Below are positions 19,412 through 28,274 of a stretch of 49,179 nucleotides of DNA, in pieces. The notes below the pieces were generated by a model. The model did not search any database, was not told where the DNA came from, and worked only from the letters and a program-made list of their open reading frames with translations. The stretch is from Candidatus Azotimanducaceae bacterium (GTDB lineage: Bacteria; Actinomycetota; Acidimicrobiia; Acidimicrobiales; Ilumatobacteraceae). Position 1 is the first letter of the stretch. The number at the start of each line of letters is the position of its first letter. A program made the position numbers and the translations under genes. Where the stretch lies: positions 1 through 49,179 of the forward strand of contig JBLIKS010000001.1 in the NCBI GenBank assembly GCA_047635555.1, given 5' to 3'.

Positions 19412-19546
19412 GTGAAGCGCACATTTCAACCAAATAACCGTCGCCGGAACCGTAAGCATGGATTCCGCGCCCGCATGAGTACTCGCGCTGGTCGCGCTGT
19501 GCTGAAGTCCCGCCGTGACAAGGGCCGCACACGCCTCTCCGCCTAA
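19412..19546 (+). CDS. rpmH: 50S ribosomal protein L34
   Basis: [44 protein letters not shown]. Confidence 0.98.
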   Translation: MKRTFQPNNRRRNRKHGFRARMSTRAGRAVLKSRRDKGRTRLSA

Positions 19547-19547
19547 C

Positions 19548-19880
19548 TTGATTCACCGGGTCTGTGATCGTGATTCGTTTACCCGCCTTCGGCGGGAGGG
19601 CTTGCGCGTCCGAAGTGACGCCATGTGGTGCTCGTTTGTTGCCGATCCGAGTGTGTCCCCGCCGCAAGTGGCTTTCGCCATTGGCCGCGCTGTCGGTCCT
19701 GCTGTGACGCGCAATCAGCTCCGCCGTCGGCTGCGTGGCATTCTCGGAGCCATGGATGTCCCCAATGGGTTGTATCTCTTCGGGGGTCGTCCATCCATGA
19801 GCGAACTGACGTTCGCAGAACTTGAAACCCGTGCCGCTGCCCTTCTCGACGCAGCACAGCATTCGCGAGCGTATTCATGA
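19548..19880 (+). CDS. rnpA: Ribonuclease P protein component
   Basis: [16 protein letters not shown] (RNR-type motif); follows rpmH; TTG start. Confidence 0.92.
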   Translation: MIHRVCDRDSFTRLRREGLRVRSDAMWCSFVADPSVSPPQVAFAIGRAVGPAVTRNQLRRRLRGILGAMDVPNGLYLFGGRPSMSELTFAELETRAAALLDAAQHSRAYS

Positions 19881-20308
19881 CCCGCGGGCAGGTCGTTGAG
19901 CTCCCAATCACCGACCTGCTAGCCGAGATCACCGACACGACCGAAATCTGTCTTTGTCCTGGTCACGGGCATCGTGAGCAAGGTCGGTCTGCATGGTCAC
20001 AACGCCAGCTACTCGGTGCCATTGTCTTGTATCAACGCGCGCGAGAGGGCCGACTTTCGCCGTGCCGTTTCTTCCCATCTTGCTCGGAGTATGCCCTTCA
20101 GTCCGTCGAAGTGCACGGCGCCTGGCGCGGCGGATGGCTGAGTGTGCGTCGCCTCCTTCGGTGTCGACCACTTGGTCCATCCGGTGTTGATCTTGTTCCC
20201 GCCGGCTCATCTGCCACGTCGCGCGAATGCTGCGGTGCTGGCTCATCTGCATTACTTACTCCGATCGTTCCGACAGTGATGTCCTCCACTCAACAGAAAG
20301 GCGGCTGA
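19877..20308 (+). CDS. yidD: Membrane protein insertion efficiency factor YidD
   Basis: [25 protein letters not shown] motif; ATGA overlap with rnpA. Confidence 0.92.
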   Translation: MTRGQVVELPITDLLAEITDTTEICLCPGHGHREQGRSAWSQRQLLGAIVLYQRAREGRLSPCRFFPSCSEYALQSVEVHGAWRGGWLSVRRLLRCRPLGPSGVDLVPAGSSATSRECCGAGSSALLTPIVPTVMSSTQQKGG

Positions 20309-20311
20309 CCG

Positions 20312-21463
20312 ATGTTCGAGATTCCCGCTGGATTACTCGCCTGGTTCTACAGCCTCACCAACGATTACATCATTGCCATTGCGCTCATTGCTGCCGTGGT
20401 CATGGCGATCACGACTCCCTTGACGCTCAAGAGCACCAAGGGGATGCTGGAGATGCAGCGCCTGGCGCCGGAGATGCGCAAGCTGCAGAACGAGCATCGC
20501 AACGATCGCCAGAAGCTCAACGAAGAGATGATGAAGCTCTACCAGGAGCACAAAGTCAATCCGATGGCGTCGTGCTTGCCGATTGCGGCACAAATGCCGA
20601 TCTTCCTGGTGATGTTCCGTATCTTGCGTGGGCTCGTGTACACACCGTCTGACACGAATGGCGCCAAGGAAGTCGCATCAGCGACGTTGCGTGCCATTGG
20701 TAGCCCCGACACTGTCCAGGGGTTCATCCCTCGCTTCTTGGCGAAAGACTCTGACCTCTATCTGTCGCTTTATGGCCGGACAGACATGCCGTCGTGGGGT
20801 TTCAACCTCGATCTCTCGGCATTCCAAGCCATAGGCAATGGCGTGAGGGAAGGCCTGATTTACACCCTCCTCGTGGTCGCGCTAGGTGCGCTGTACTTTG
20901 CCCAACAGAAGATGGTGGCGGCCCGCGCGGCAATTAGCCCGACCATGTCACCGATGCAGCAGAAGCTGATGCAGTACCTGCCGGTGTTTTTTGCCGTGTT
21001 CCAGATCTTCTTCCTGTCGGCACTCGTCTTCTACTACATCTTCCAGACACTGCTCCGTATTCTCCAGCAGTACTACATCACCAAGAAGTTTTACGGTGAC
21101 GACGAGTCACTCGGTCGTCAGGCCCAGCGCGCTGGCGATGCCGCTCGTGAAGAGTCGAAGAAAAGCGGCGACTCCGGTGGCATGCTCGCTCAGGCCAAAC
21201 GGGACCTTGCAGCGGCGAAGGGCGACGGCGGATCCAAGTCCAAGCAGCGCGCCGAGAAGACGGACAAGACCGAGAAGCAGTCGCCGGTGACCAACAAACG
21301 GGTCACTCCGTCGAAAAACGGTACGAAAAAGCCAAGTGCGAATCGCCCGGCTCCGTCGGGTTCGAGCAAGGGTCGCCCGACACCGACGCGTCAAGAAGCC
21401 GAAGCTGCCCGCGCCAAGCAAGCGCAGAATCGTCCTAAGTCGTCCGGCAAAAAGAAGCGCTGA
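20312..21463 (+). CDS. yidC: Membrane protein insertase YidC/Oxa1
   Basis: MQRLAPEMRKLQ, EMMKLYQEHKVNPMASCLP..AQMPIF, TM segments and a long basic tail. Confidence 0.95.
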   Translation: MFEIPAGLLAWFYSLTNDYIIAIALIAAVVMAITTPLTLKSTKGMLEMQRLAPEMRKLQNEHRNDRQKLNEEMMKLYQEHKVNPMASCLPIAAQMPIFLVMFRILRGLVYTPSDTNGAKEVASATLRAIGSPDTVQGFIPRFLAKDSDLYLSLYGRTDMPSWGFNLDLSAFQAIGNGVREGLIYTLLVVALGALYFAQQKMVAARAAISPTMSPMQQKLMQYLPVFFAVFQIFFLSALVFYYIFQTLLRILQQYYITKKFYGDDESLGRQAQRAGDAAREESKKSGDSGGMLAQAKRDLAAAKGDGGSKSKQRAEKTDKTEKQSPVTNKRVTPSKNGTKKPSANRPAPSGSSKGRPTPTRQEAEAARAKQAQNRPKSSGKKKR

Positions 21464-21526
21464 CGAATCAAGATCGTGAGCCGACCGCATGGAGCGGCGG
21501 CCAGTCGAAGGAAAGAGAGAAATCAT

Positions 21527-22417
21527 ATGGAATGGGTGGAAACCACTGCCAAAACGATCGAGGAAGCGCGAGAAGCAGCACTCGATCAACTGGGTGTCGG
21601 AGCCGACGAGGCCGAATTCGACGTGCTCGAGGAGCCCAAGCCGGGTCTCTTTGGACGTACCCGCGGTCAAGCTCGCATTCGTGCTCGGATCATGCCGAGC
21701 CCGGCGCGCGCCAAGCAGGAACGACGCCGTAAGCCCAAGGGCGACAAGCCTCGTGGTCAGTCAGCTGCGGGCAAAAAGCAGCCTGACAAAGCATCGAAGG
21801 AAAGCAATGACGCCCCGACAGAGGCAGCGTCAGCTGATTCGTCCGAGCAAGATTCGGCTACAAGTACGAGCGAGCCGAAGACCCGATCACGCGGCAACAG
21901 CCGTAGCGGCACCAGCCAGGAGAAGAAGATGAGTAACGAAGAGCGCCCCCAGTCCGATGTGACGCCGCAAGAAGTGGGTGATGCAGCTGTGTTGTTCATG
22001 AACGACTTGGTGAGCGCCTTCGGTGGAACGGGGACGGCTGAACTGACCGTCGACGGAATCGAACTCGACGTGCAGGTACATGGCGAAGACCTGGGTCTTC
22101 TTGTCGGCCCGGGCGGCCGCACATTGAACGCGGTGCAGGACTTGGTGCGCGTTGCTGCGCAGCGTCGCCTCGGTGACCATGAGACTCGCTTGAGGATTGA
22201 CGTCGCGGGTTACCGTGAGCGTCGTTCGGCTGCACTGTCCAAGTTCGCTGCCGAAGTTGCGGGCCAGGTTCGCGAGAGCGGCAGCGCCCGTTCGTTGGAG
22301 CCGATGACCTCAGCCGATCGCAAGGTCATCCACGATGCGCTGAATGACGAAGATGGTGTGGTCAGCACCTCGTCAGGCGAGGACCCGTATCGCAGGGTTG
22401 TCGTCGAGCCGGCCTGA
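21527..22417 (+). CDS. jag: RNA-binding protein Jag/EloR (Jag_N-KH-R3H)
   Basis: KTIEEAREAALDQL, KH GLLVGPGGRTLNAVQ, R3H RKVIHDAL...SSGEDPYRRVV. Confidence 0.93.
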   Translation: MEWVETTAKTIEEAREAALDQLGVGADEAEFDVLEEPKPGLFGRTRGQARIRARIMPSPARAKQERRRKPKGDKPRGQSAAGKKQPDKASKESNDAPTEAASADSSEQDSATSTSEPKTRSRGNSRSGTSQEKKMSNEERPQSDVTPQEVGDAAVLFMNDLVSAFGGTGTAELTVDGIELDVQVHGEDLGLLVGPGGRTLNAVQDLVRVAAQRRLGDHETRLRIDVAGYRERRSAALSKFAAEVAGQVRESGSARSLEPMTSADRKVIHDALNDEDGVVSTSSGEDPYRRVVVEPA

Positions 22418-22497
22418 CAGGTCGTGACGGTCGAGCCGGCCTGACAGGTCGTGACGGTCGAGCCGGCCTGACAGGTCGTGACGGTCGAGCCGGCCTG
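22403..22497. repeat. 3.5 x 27-bp perfect tandem repeat spanning the jag stop codon
   Basis: GTCGAGCCGGCCTGACAGGTCGTGACG at 22403, 22430 and 22457, plus a partial copy at 22484. Confidence 0.95.
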
Positions 22498-22514
22498 CTG
22501 ACATACTGATCTTC

Positions 22515-23054
22515 GTGAACGAGGATCAGGTTGAACAAGAATTGCACGAGGCGCTGGGAATTTCCCAGCGCCTCGGCTTTTTGGGGGAGAGGCCTATTGC
22601 CGAGGTGATCGAGCACGCTCGGGCCTTTGTGACGGCTTTGGATGGCGTTTCGGGTTCGGTCCTCGACTTGGGCGCTGGCGGAGGCGTTCCTGGGCTGGTG
22701 TTGGCCGTGGACCGACCGGACCTTGCAATCACGCTGTTGGATCGGCGGACGAAGCGGACCGACTTTCTGTCCCGAATAGTCCGCCGAATGCGCCTGGATC
22801 ATGTGACCGTCGTAGCGGCCGACGTCGACGATGCCATTCGCCAAGGTCACATTGGATTCGATGCGGTGGTGGCTCGTGGCTTCGGCCCGCCAGAGTTCAC
22901 CCTTCGGACTGGGGTCCGTTGTCTGGGAGAGCCCGGTGTCATCGTCATCAGTGAACCGCCGAGAGGTGATCGGTGGGATGCGGAGCTGATCAATTCCCTT
23001 GGGCTCGTACGGGCCCCCTCTGATAGCCGCGTCGTTTGTTTCACGCGAGAATGA
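22515..23054 (+). CDS. rsmG: 16S rRNA m7G527 methyltransferase RsmG (GidB), compact form
   Basis: SAM motif LDLGAGGGVPG and FDAVVARG; position between jag and parA. Confidence 0.88.
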   Translation: MNEDQVEQELHEALGISQRLGFLGERPIAEVIEHARAFVTALDGVSGSVLDLGAGGGVPGLVLAVDRPDLAITLLDRRTKRTDFLSRIVRRMRLDHVTVVAADVDDAIRQGHIGFDAVVARGFGPPEFTLRTGVRCLGEPGVIVISEPPRGDRWDAELINSLGLVRAPSDSRVVCFTRE

Positions 23055-23086
23055 GCCTCCTGACCTGGGGCGACACGTTAAGTCTT

Positions 23087-23116
23087 AAGTCAGATCACAG
23101 CGCTGTGATCTGACTT
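23087..23116. repeat. Perfect 30-bp palindrome
   Basis: AAGTCAGATCACAGC|GCTGTGATCTGACTT. Confidence 0.9.
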
Positions 23117-23122
23117 GAGGGA

Positions 23123-23138
23123 TGTTTCACGTGAAACA
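23123..23138. promoter_or_regulatory. parS: parS centromere site
   Basis: TGTTTCACGTGAAACA, a perfect consensus match. Confidence 0.95.
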
Positions 23139-23192
23139 CCGCGCGTCCCGCGGATGTTGAGAGTAGCGATACCAGAGCGGCGTTGTCTCAAA

Positions 23193-23208
23193 TGTTTCAC
23201 GTGAAACC
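23193..23208. promoter_or_regulatory. parS: parS centromere site
   Basis: TGTTTCACGTGAAACC. A degenerate third site, TGTTTCACGCGAGAAT, lies at 23037-23052 in the rsmG 3' end. Confidence 0.92.
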
Positions 23209-23294
23209 AGGCGGAGATAGTTGTAACGCGTCGTGGAATGAGGCACAGTAGGAACGTCCCGAACAGGACGAGTTGACCGGCGTTTGGAGAATGT

Positions 23295-24146
23295 GTGTCG
23301 GATACCGAGGAACCCTCCTCCCCTACTGTAAGTGAACCTATCCGAACGCCCGAGGTGGCCGCAGCTGTCGGACGTTCACTCCCCCGGATCATGGCGGTTG
23401 CTAACCAGAAGGGTGGCGTCGGTAAGACGACCACCACCGTGAACCTCGGCGCGTCACTTGCTGAGCTCGGGCTTCGGACGCTCCTTATTGATCTCGACCC
23501 GCAAGGAAACGCATCGACGGGCCTCGGGATTGAGAATCGCGGCCTCGAACTCTCGATGTACCACGTACTTATGCACGAGGAGCCACTCGACAACGTGGTC
23601 GAGCCAACTGATGTGAAGAATCTGTTTGTCGCACCGGCTTCACTCGATCTTGCAGGTGCTGAGATTGAACTCGTACCGGCGTTTAGTCGCGAGCAGCGCT
23701 TGAAACGGGCGATTGATGCGGTGATTGACGACTACGACTATGTCCTTATCGACTGTCCCCCGTCGTTGGGGCTCCTCACCGTCAATGGTTTGTCGGCTGC
23801 CACCGAGGTGCTGGTGCCGATTCAGTGTGAGTACTACGCTCTGGAGGGCTTGGGACAACTGCTTCGGAATGTTGATCTTGTGAAACGGAATCTCAACCCC
23901 ACGCTGGAGATGAGCACGATTCTTTGCGTCATGTTCGATGCTCGAACCAAGCTTGCGGGGCAAGTTGTTGCTGAAGTTCGTGAGCACTTTGGTGACAAGG
24001 TGCTCCGCAGTGTTATTCCGCGCAACGTTCGCTTGTCGGAGGCACCGTCGTTTGGCCAACCCATCAATACGTTCGATCCAATGTCGCGAGGTGCAATTGC
24101 ATACCGCGATGCAGCAAAAGAGGTGCATGCTCGTGTCACGTCGTAG
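23295..24146 (+). CDS. parA: Chromosome partitioning ATPase ParA/Soj
   Basis: NQKGGVGKTTT, DLDPQGNA, IDCPPSLG, QCEYYALEG, RLSEAPSFG. Exact start uncertain. Confidence 0.96.
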   Translation: MSDTEEPSSPTVSEPIRTPEVAAAVGRSLPRIMAVANQKGGVGKTTTTVNLGASLAELGLRTLLIDLDPQGNASTGLGIENRGLELSMYHVLMHEEPLDNVVEPTDVKNLFVAPASLDLAGAEIELVPAFSREQRLKRAIDAVIDDYDYVLIDCPPSLGLLTVNGLSAATEVLVPIQCEYYALEGLGQLLRNVDLVKRNLNPTLEMSTILCVMFDARTKLAGQVVAEVREHFGDKVLRSVIPRNVRLSEAPSFGQPINTFDPMSRGAIAYRDAAKEVHARVTS

Positions 24147-25053
24147 TGGTCTTGGCAAGGGGCTGAGCTCCTTGATTCCCGCAAGCGAAGTTGCCGATGG
24201 AGGCGACGGCGCGATTTTCGCTGAAGTTCCGACGGCGTCGGTCGCCCCGAACCCGAACCAGCCTCGTGTGCACTTCTCTGAAGAAGGACTCGTCGAATTG
24301 GCGGCGTCTATTTCGGAAATGGGTGTCCTGCAGCCGATTCTGGTTCGCCCGGCCCCAGAGGGAGAAGGCCAGTACGAACTGATTGCGGGCGAACGGCGCT
24401 GGCGCGCAGCCCAGCGGGCAGGGTTGACGACCATTCCTGCGATCATTCGCCTCACTGATGACGTGAGCTCGGTGGAGCAAGCGCTCGTCGAGAACCTACA
24501 CCGTCAGGATTTGACTCCGCTTGAGGAGGCTGCGGCATTCCAGCAACTGATCGAAGACTTCGAGATGACGCACGACCAGGTGGCCACTCGCGTCGGTAAA
24601 AGTCGGTCGGTGATCACGAACACCATCCGCTTGCTTGGCTTACCGCCGGCTGTGCAAAGTCTGCTGGCAGACGGTCAGCTCTCAGCGGGCCATGCTCGAG
24701 CGCTCCTCGGCACACCAAACCGGGCCCGTCAGGAGTCGTTGGCTCGGGCATCGGTAGCTGAAGGGTGGACCGTTCGTATAATGGAACAGGCAGTTCGCGG
24801 CCTTGTGGCTCCATCGGCTGAGCCTGTCGCGGCAGCAGAGCATGTGGCGACGGGTACGTCACCGATTGACGGAGCGGGTTTGACGCCAGCAACGCAGCTT
24901 CGCCCTCCCGGACTTCTTGAACTTGAAGAGTTATTGGCAGATCGACTTGATACTCGTGTGGCGGTGACGATGGGTGCGAAGCGTGGACGGGTCACGATTG
25001 ATTTCGCAGATCTCGAAGACCTTGAGCGGATTTATCGTCTGATGTCTGGTTGA
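24127..25053 (+). CDS. parB: Chromosome partitioning protein ParB/Spo0J
   Basis: GLGKGLSSL, PNPNQPR, IAGERRWRA, ENLHRQDL.PLEEA and an HTH. Confidence 0.96.
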   Translation: MLVSRRSGLGKGLSSLIPASEVADGGDGAIFAEVPTASVAPNPNQPRVHFSEEGLVELAASISEMGVLQPILVRPAPEGEGQYELIAGERRWRAAQRAGLTTIPAIIRLTDDVSSVEQALVENLHRQDLTPLEEAAAFQQLIEDFEMTHDQVATRVGKSRSVITNTIRLLGLPPAVQSLLADGQLSAGHARALLGTPNRARQESLARASVAEGWTVRIMEQAVRGLVAPSAEPVAAAEHVATGTSPIDGAGLTPATQLRPPGLLELEELLADRLDTRVAVTMGAKRGRVTIDFADLEDLERIYRLMSG

Positions 25054-25088
25054 GCCGCTCCCCTCTTAATGAACTACATCGGTGTAAT

Positions 25089-25267
25089 TTATCCACAGGT
25101 CGATACTCAAGCTGGGGATGACGGTAATACTTGTCCACACATTTTGTGGCTCGTTGACTGTAAACTTCGCAAAGTGATATCTGTGACGTGAAGTCGCACT
25201 TTGGGTGACGTAGATTTGAATATGTACTCGAGGGATACGCACATCATGGGGAAAATGTTGTGGATAA
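25089..25267. promoter_or_regulatory. Additional DnaA-box cluster downstream of parB
   Basis: TTATCCACA 25089-25097, TTGTCCACA 25131-25139 and TGTGGATAA 25259-25267, plus degenerate boxes, in a visibly AT-richer intergenic region. Confidence 0.75.
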
Positions 25268-25342
25268 AGTCTCACGCGCGGACGCGAGGTTGGGGAGGCG
25301 GCGGATCTGTCTGCCTGTGGCTCTGAACGATGTGCTTGCGAC

Positions 25343-26326
25343 TCAGACGTCGGGCATGGGCAGCGGACCGTCACCCCAGCGCCGAGCAGCCTCGACCACG
25401 GCGCGGGTGATGAGGCTCGTTGCGTCAACGACTTCGCGGACCGGTCCCAGCGAGCAGAGGACGGCCGGCATCTGTGTTTCGCGGAGTACCGGCAGTCGCA
25501 TACCGCGCAGCGTTGGCGCCATCGGGAGCGTCCGCTCGAGCTGCTGAACGACGTGCGCGGCGAGTGAACGACCACCAACAGAGACGAACGCAGGTACGGC
25601 AAAATAGGAAATGTCACAACACAAGTTTGGGCGTGCTTCGAAACCGATGTACATGGTCGCCCGAAAGCGGTTCGCCGCCGCCGCCTGCGCTCCGGCCTCG
25701 TATTCGTCGGTGGACATGACTGTCGCACCGTTTTGGCGAAGTGATCGAGCGACGGAACGACCCACAGAGCTGAGCCCGCCGAACTGGCCGACGACGATGC
25801 GCAACGACGCGAGTGAGGTAGGCGTGCGCACCGATTCAAGTTCGCGGACCGACGCAACACCTGGTCCCGACCCACTTTGCCGGCGAAGCACGTCCAGCAT
25901 CTTGACCGTTTTACGGCCACAGATACCATCGGCTGGAAGCCCACAATTCTTCTGGAAGTCGGTGAGTGCGCCGATCGTGGTAGGCCCCAGGATGCCATCG
26001 GGGCGGCCACAGTCGAAGCCAACGTGGTTGAGTGCCCGCTGGAGGTCCTCAACGTCGTCTCCGCGTAGCTGGGGCGCCTTGAGCAACAGTGTGCGGTCAC
26101 CAAGTCGGTGGCCTGCTTCAATCACGGCGAGCCAGGTCTGTTCATCACAGATCCCGTCGACGTTGAGCCCACGCGCTTCTTGGAAGCACGCGACGGCTTC
26201 GAACGTGGACGCGCAAAAGAAACCCGCCTCGGCGCCTACCGGGGCGTACCCGGCGGCACCGAGGCGGCGCTGCAAATCTCGAATTGGTTCGCCGCGTTGC
26301 CCCTCTGCGAGGGGGAACGGGGTCAG
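25343..26326 (-). CDS. cwlM: CwlM-like protein: two peptidoglycan-binding domains plus degenerate amidase_3 domain
   Basis: DLQRRL..G, FQ..RGL.VDGI, LGDR.L....P.LRGDDV..LQ, LRET.MPAV; position downstream of trxA. First canonical start is TTG 26275, but the domain pattern extends to CTG 26326. Confidence 0.8.
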   Translation of the reverse strand: MTPFPLAEGQRGEPIRDLQRRLGAAGYAPVGAEAGFFCASTFEAVACFQEARGLNVDGICDEQTWLAVIEAGHRLGDRTLLLKAPQLRGDDVEDLQRALNHVGFDCGRPDGILGPTTIGALTDFQKNCGLPADGICGRKTVKMLDVLRRQSGSGPGVASVRELESVRTPTSLASLRIVVGQFGGLSSVGRSVARSLRQNGATVMSTDEYEAGAQAAAANRFRATMYIGFEARPNLCCDISYFAVPAFVSVGGRSLAAHVVQQLERTLPMAPTLRGMRLPVLRETQMPAVLCSLGPVREVVDATSLITRAVVEAARRWGDGPLPMPDV

Positions 26327-26658
26327 CTGTTTGGAAGGAATTCCTCGAGCTCCTGCAGTAGTGCGCCCTTGCTCTTGGCGCCGACGAGTCGTTTTTCCAC
26401 TTCACCATTCTTGAACACGAGCAGCGTCGGGATGCTCATGACGTTGTATTTCATGGCGAGGTCGGGGTTGTCATCGACATTCAACTTGGTGATTGCGATG
26501 TTCTCACCGTACTCGGCGCTGATCTCTTCGAGGATCGGGGCGATCTGCTTGCACGGACCGCACCATTCAGCCCAGAAGTCAACGATGACGGGGGTAGTTG
26601 CAGCTCCGACGACTTCGTCGAAAGTTGCGGTTGAGAGATTGGTGATTCCGTTTGCCAT
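26323..26658 (-). CDS. trxA: Thioredoxin
   Basis: DFWAEWCGPCK and SIPTL. Confidence 0.97.
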   Translation of the reverse strand: MANGITNLSTATFDEVVGAATTPVIVDFWAEWCGPCKQIAPILEEISAEYGENIAITKLNVDDNPDLAMKYNVMSIPTLLVFKNGEVEKRLVGAKSKGALLQELEEFLPNS

Positions 26659-26733
26659 GTGGAGGCAGCCTTTCACATGCGGGTCATTGCCCTGTGTGAC
26701 GCAAGACCCACTGTCTTGTCGTTCGATTCAGTA

Positions 26734-26761
26734 CAACCGTGATGCCGACAAGATCATTCCC
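26734..26761 (-). promoter_or_regulatory. SigR/SigH-type thiol-stress promoter of trxA
   Basis: GGGAAT-N18-GTTG on the minus strand matches the GGAAT-N18-GTT consensus. Confidence 0.75.
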
Positions 26762-26795
26762 TCTTGGGCAGGACCAGCGCTGTGTAGGGCGAATG

Positions 26796-27791
26796 TCAGT
26801 AGTTGGGAACGTTTGCCTCGATGTCGTGTGCATCTTCGAGCCAGCGTTCTGCGTCGATGGCCGCCATACACCCGGAGCCAGCAGCAGTGATTGCCTGTCG
26901 ATATACCGAGTCCTGCACGTCGCCACAGGCAAAAACGCCAGCGACATTGGTGTGAGTCGAGTCGGGCACAGTCTGGAGGTAGCCGGTTGCTTCGTCCATG
27001 TGCAGCTTGCCACGGAAGAGATCTGTGTTCGGCTTGTGGCCAATGGCGATGAATATGCCGGTGATCGCCAGTTCGGAGGTCGATCCGTCGACGGTGCTGG
27101 TGATCTCGGCGCCGGTGACCTTTTCTGCACCGTGGATTTCGGTGACCTGGGAGTTCCACAGGAATTCGATCTTCGGATTGGCACGGGCGCGATCTTGCAT
27201 AATCTTCGACGCCCGCAGTTCGTCACGGCGAACAACGACGGTGACCTTGTCAGCGAACTTGGTGAGGAAGGTGGCCTCCTCGAGCGCAGAGTCACCACCG
27301 CCGACCACGGCAATGTCGTGGCCCCGGAAGAAGAACCCGTCGCAGGTAGCGCACGTAGAGAGGCCGTAACCGATCAAGCGCTGTTCTTCGGGGAGGCCGA
27401 GCATGAGCGACTGGGCGCCCGTGCTGACAATGATTGATTTGGCGAAGAACTCCTGGTTACGAACGGTGACTTTGAAAGGCTGGACGGTGAAGTCGACGTC
27501 GGTGACCTTCTCGGTGATGACCGTGGTGCCGAAGCGCTCAGCCTGGGCCCGCATCTCGGCCATCAACTCCGGGCCCATGATGCCGTCGCGGAATCCGGGG
27601 AAGTTCTCGACTTCGGTGGTCAGCATGAGCTGGCCGCCGGGCTGGTCACTGGTGCTCGACGGTTCGCCTTCAATCAGCAGCGGAGCAAGTGATGCACGCG
27701 CCGTGTAGATCGCAGCGGTCAGGCCGGCGGGGCCGGAACCAATGATGATGACGTCGCGGACGTCAGGCGTGCTTGCGGTGGATTCGGACAT
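26796..27791 (-). CDS. trxB: Thioredoxin-disulfide reductase
   Basis: IIGSGPAG, CATCDG, VVGGGDSALEEA, YRQAITAAGSG. Confidence 0.97.
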   Translation of the reverse strand: MSESTASTPDVRDVIIIGSGPAGLTAAIYTARASLAPLLIEGEPSSTSDQPGGQLMLTTEVENFPGFRDGIMGPELMAEMRAQAERFGTTVITEKVTDVDFTVQPFKVTVRNQEFFAKSIIVSTGAQSLMLGLPEEQRLIGYGLSTCATCDGFFFRGHDIAVVGGGDSALEEATFLTKFADKVTVVVRRDELRASKIMQDRARANPKIEFLWNSQVTEIHGAEKVTGAEITSTVDGSTSELAITGIFIAIGHKPNTDLFRGKLHMDEATGYLQTVPDSTHTNVAGVFACGDVQDSVYRQAITAAGSGCMAAIDAERWLEDAHDIEANVPNY

Positions 27792-27876
27792 GATCATCTC
27801 CGGGTGTGATGAGGGGGTAAATCGTTGCACATGGCGCCTGTAGTGCCCAGAACGCTTCGGCAGCGATGCCGGACGA

Positions 27877-28200
27877 TCAGGAAGCGTTGGCGTTGCGCTT
27901 CTTAAATAACAACAGCCCGATGAGGGAGAAGATTCCCCCGATCACCAGGTAACTGATGTACACCGAGCGAGCGTGAGCGAACTGCCAGTCAAGTGCCGAC
28001 TGCATGCCGCGTGTGAGACCGACAAGCAAGATGACGGCGGCGAACACGCCCAGGAACAGTGCAATCAGCCCGAAGACCAGACCGCGGGCGGCGTAGACGA
28101 TTGGCGTTGTTGCCTTGTCGCGCACGTTGCCAACGAATCGGACAACCGTGTCGGTTGTTTCATCGGCCCAGTTTGGATCAGTCAGCGGATTACCTGGCAT
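27877..28200 (-). CDS. Hypothetical two-TM membrane protein
   Basis: 107 aa from MPGNPLTDPNW with two hydrophobic segments and a basic C-terminus; co-oriented with its neighbours. Confidence 0.7.
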   Translation of the reverse strand: MPGNPLTDPNWADETTDTVVRFVGNVRDKATTPIVYAARGLVFGLIALFLGVFAAVILLVGLTRGMQSALDWQFAHARSVYISYLVIGGIFSLIGLLLFKKRNANAS

Positions 28201-28274
28201 AAGAGACAAACGATAGCCGCCGTGGTCCCTGCGCGCCTTACGAAGCAGGTTCGTGGAGACGCCAGCGTGGTGAT

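Noticed and set aside
22403-22497. Possible CRISPR array
   Set aside because: Units are contiguous with no unique spacers, and no cas genes are present.
23235-23276. ECF-like promoter motifs (GGAAT/GGAAC...CGTC/GTTG) upstream of parA
   Set aside because: Spacers of 15-16 nt do not fit the consensus well enough to call.
25066-26121. 351-aa ORF crossing the parB downstream intergenic region
   Set aside because: Alternative frame over cwlM with Arg/Ser-rich non-protein-like composition.
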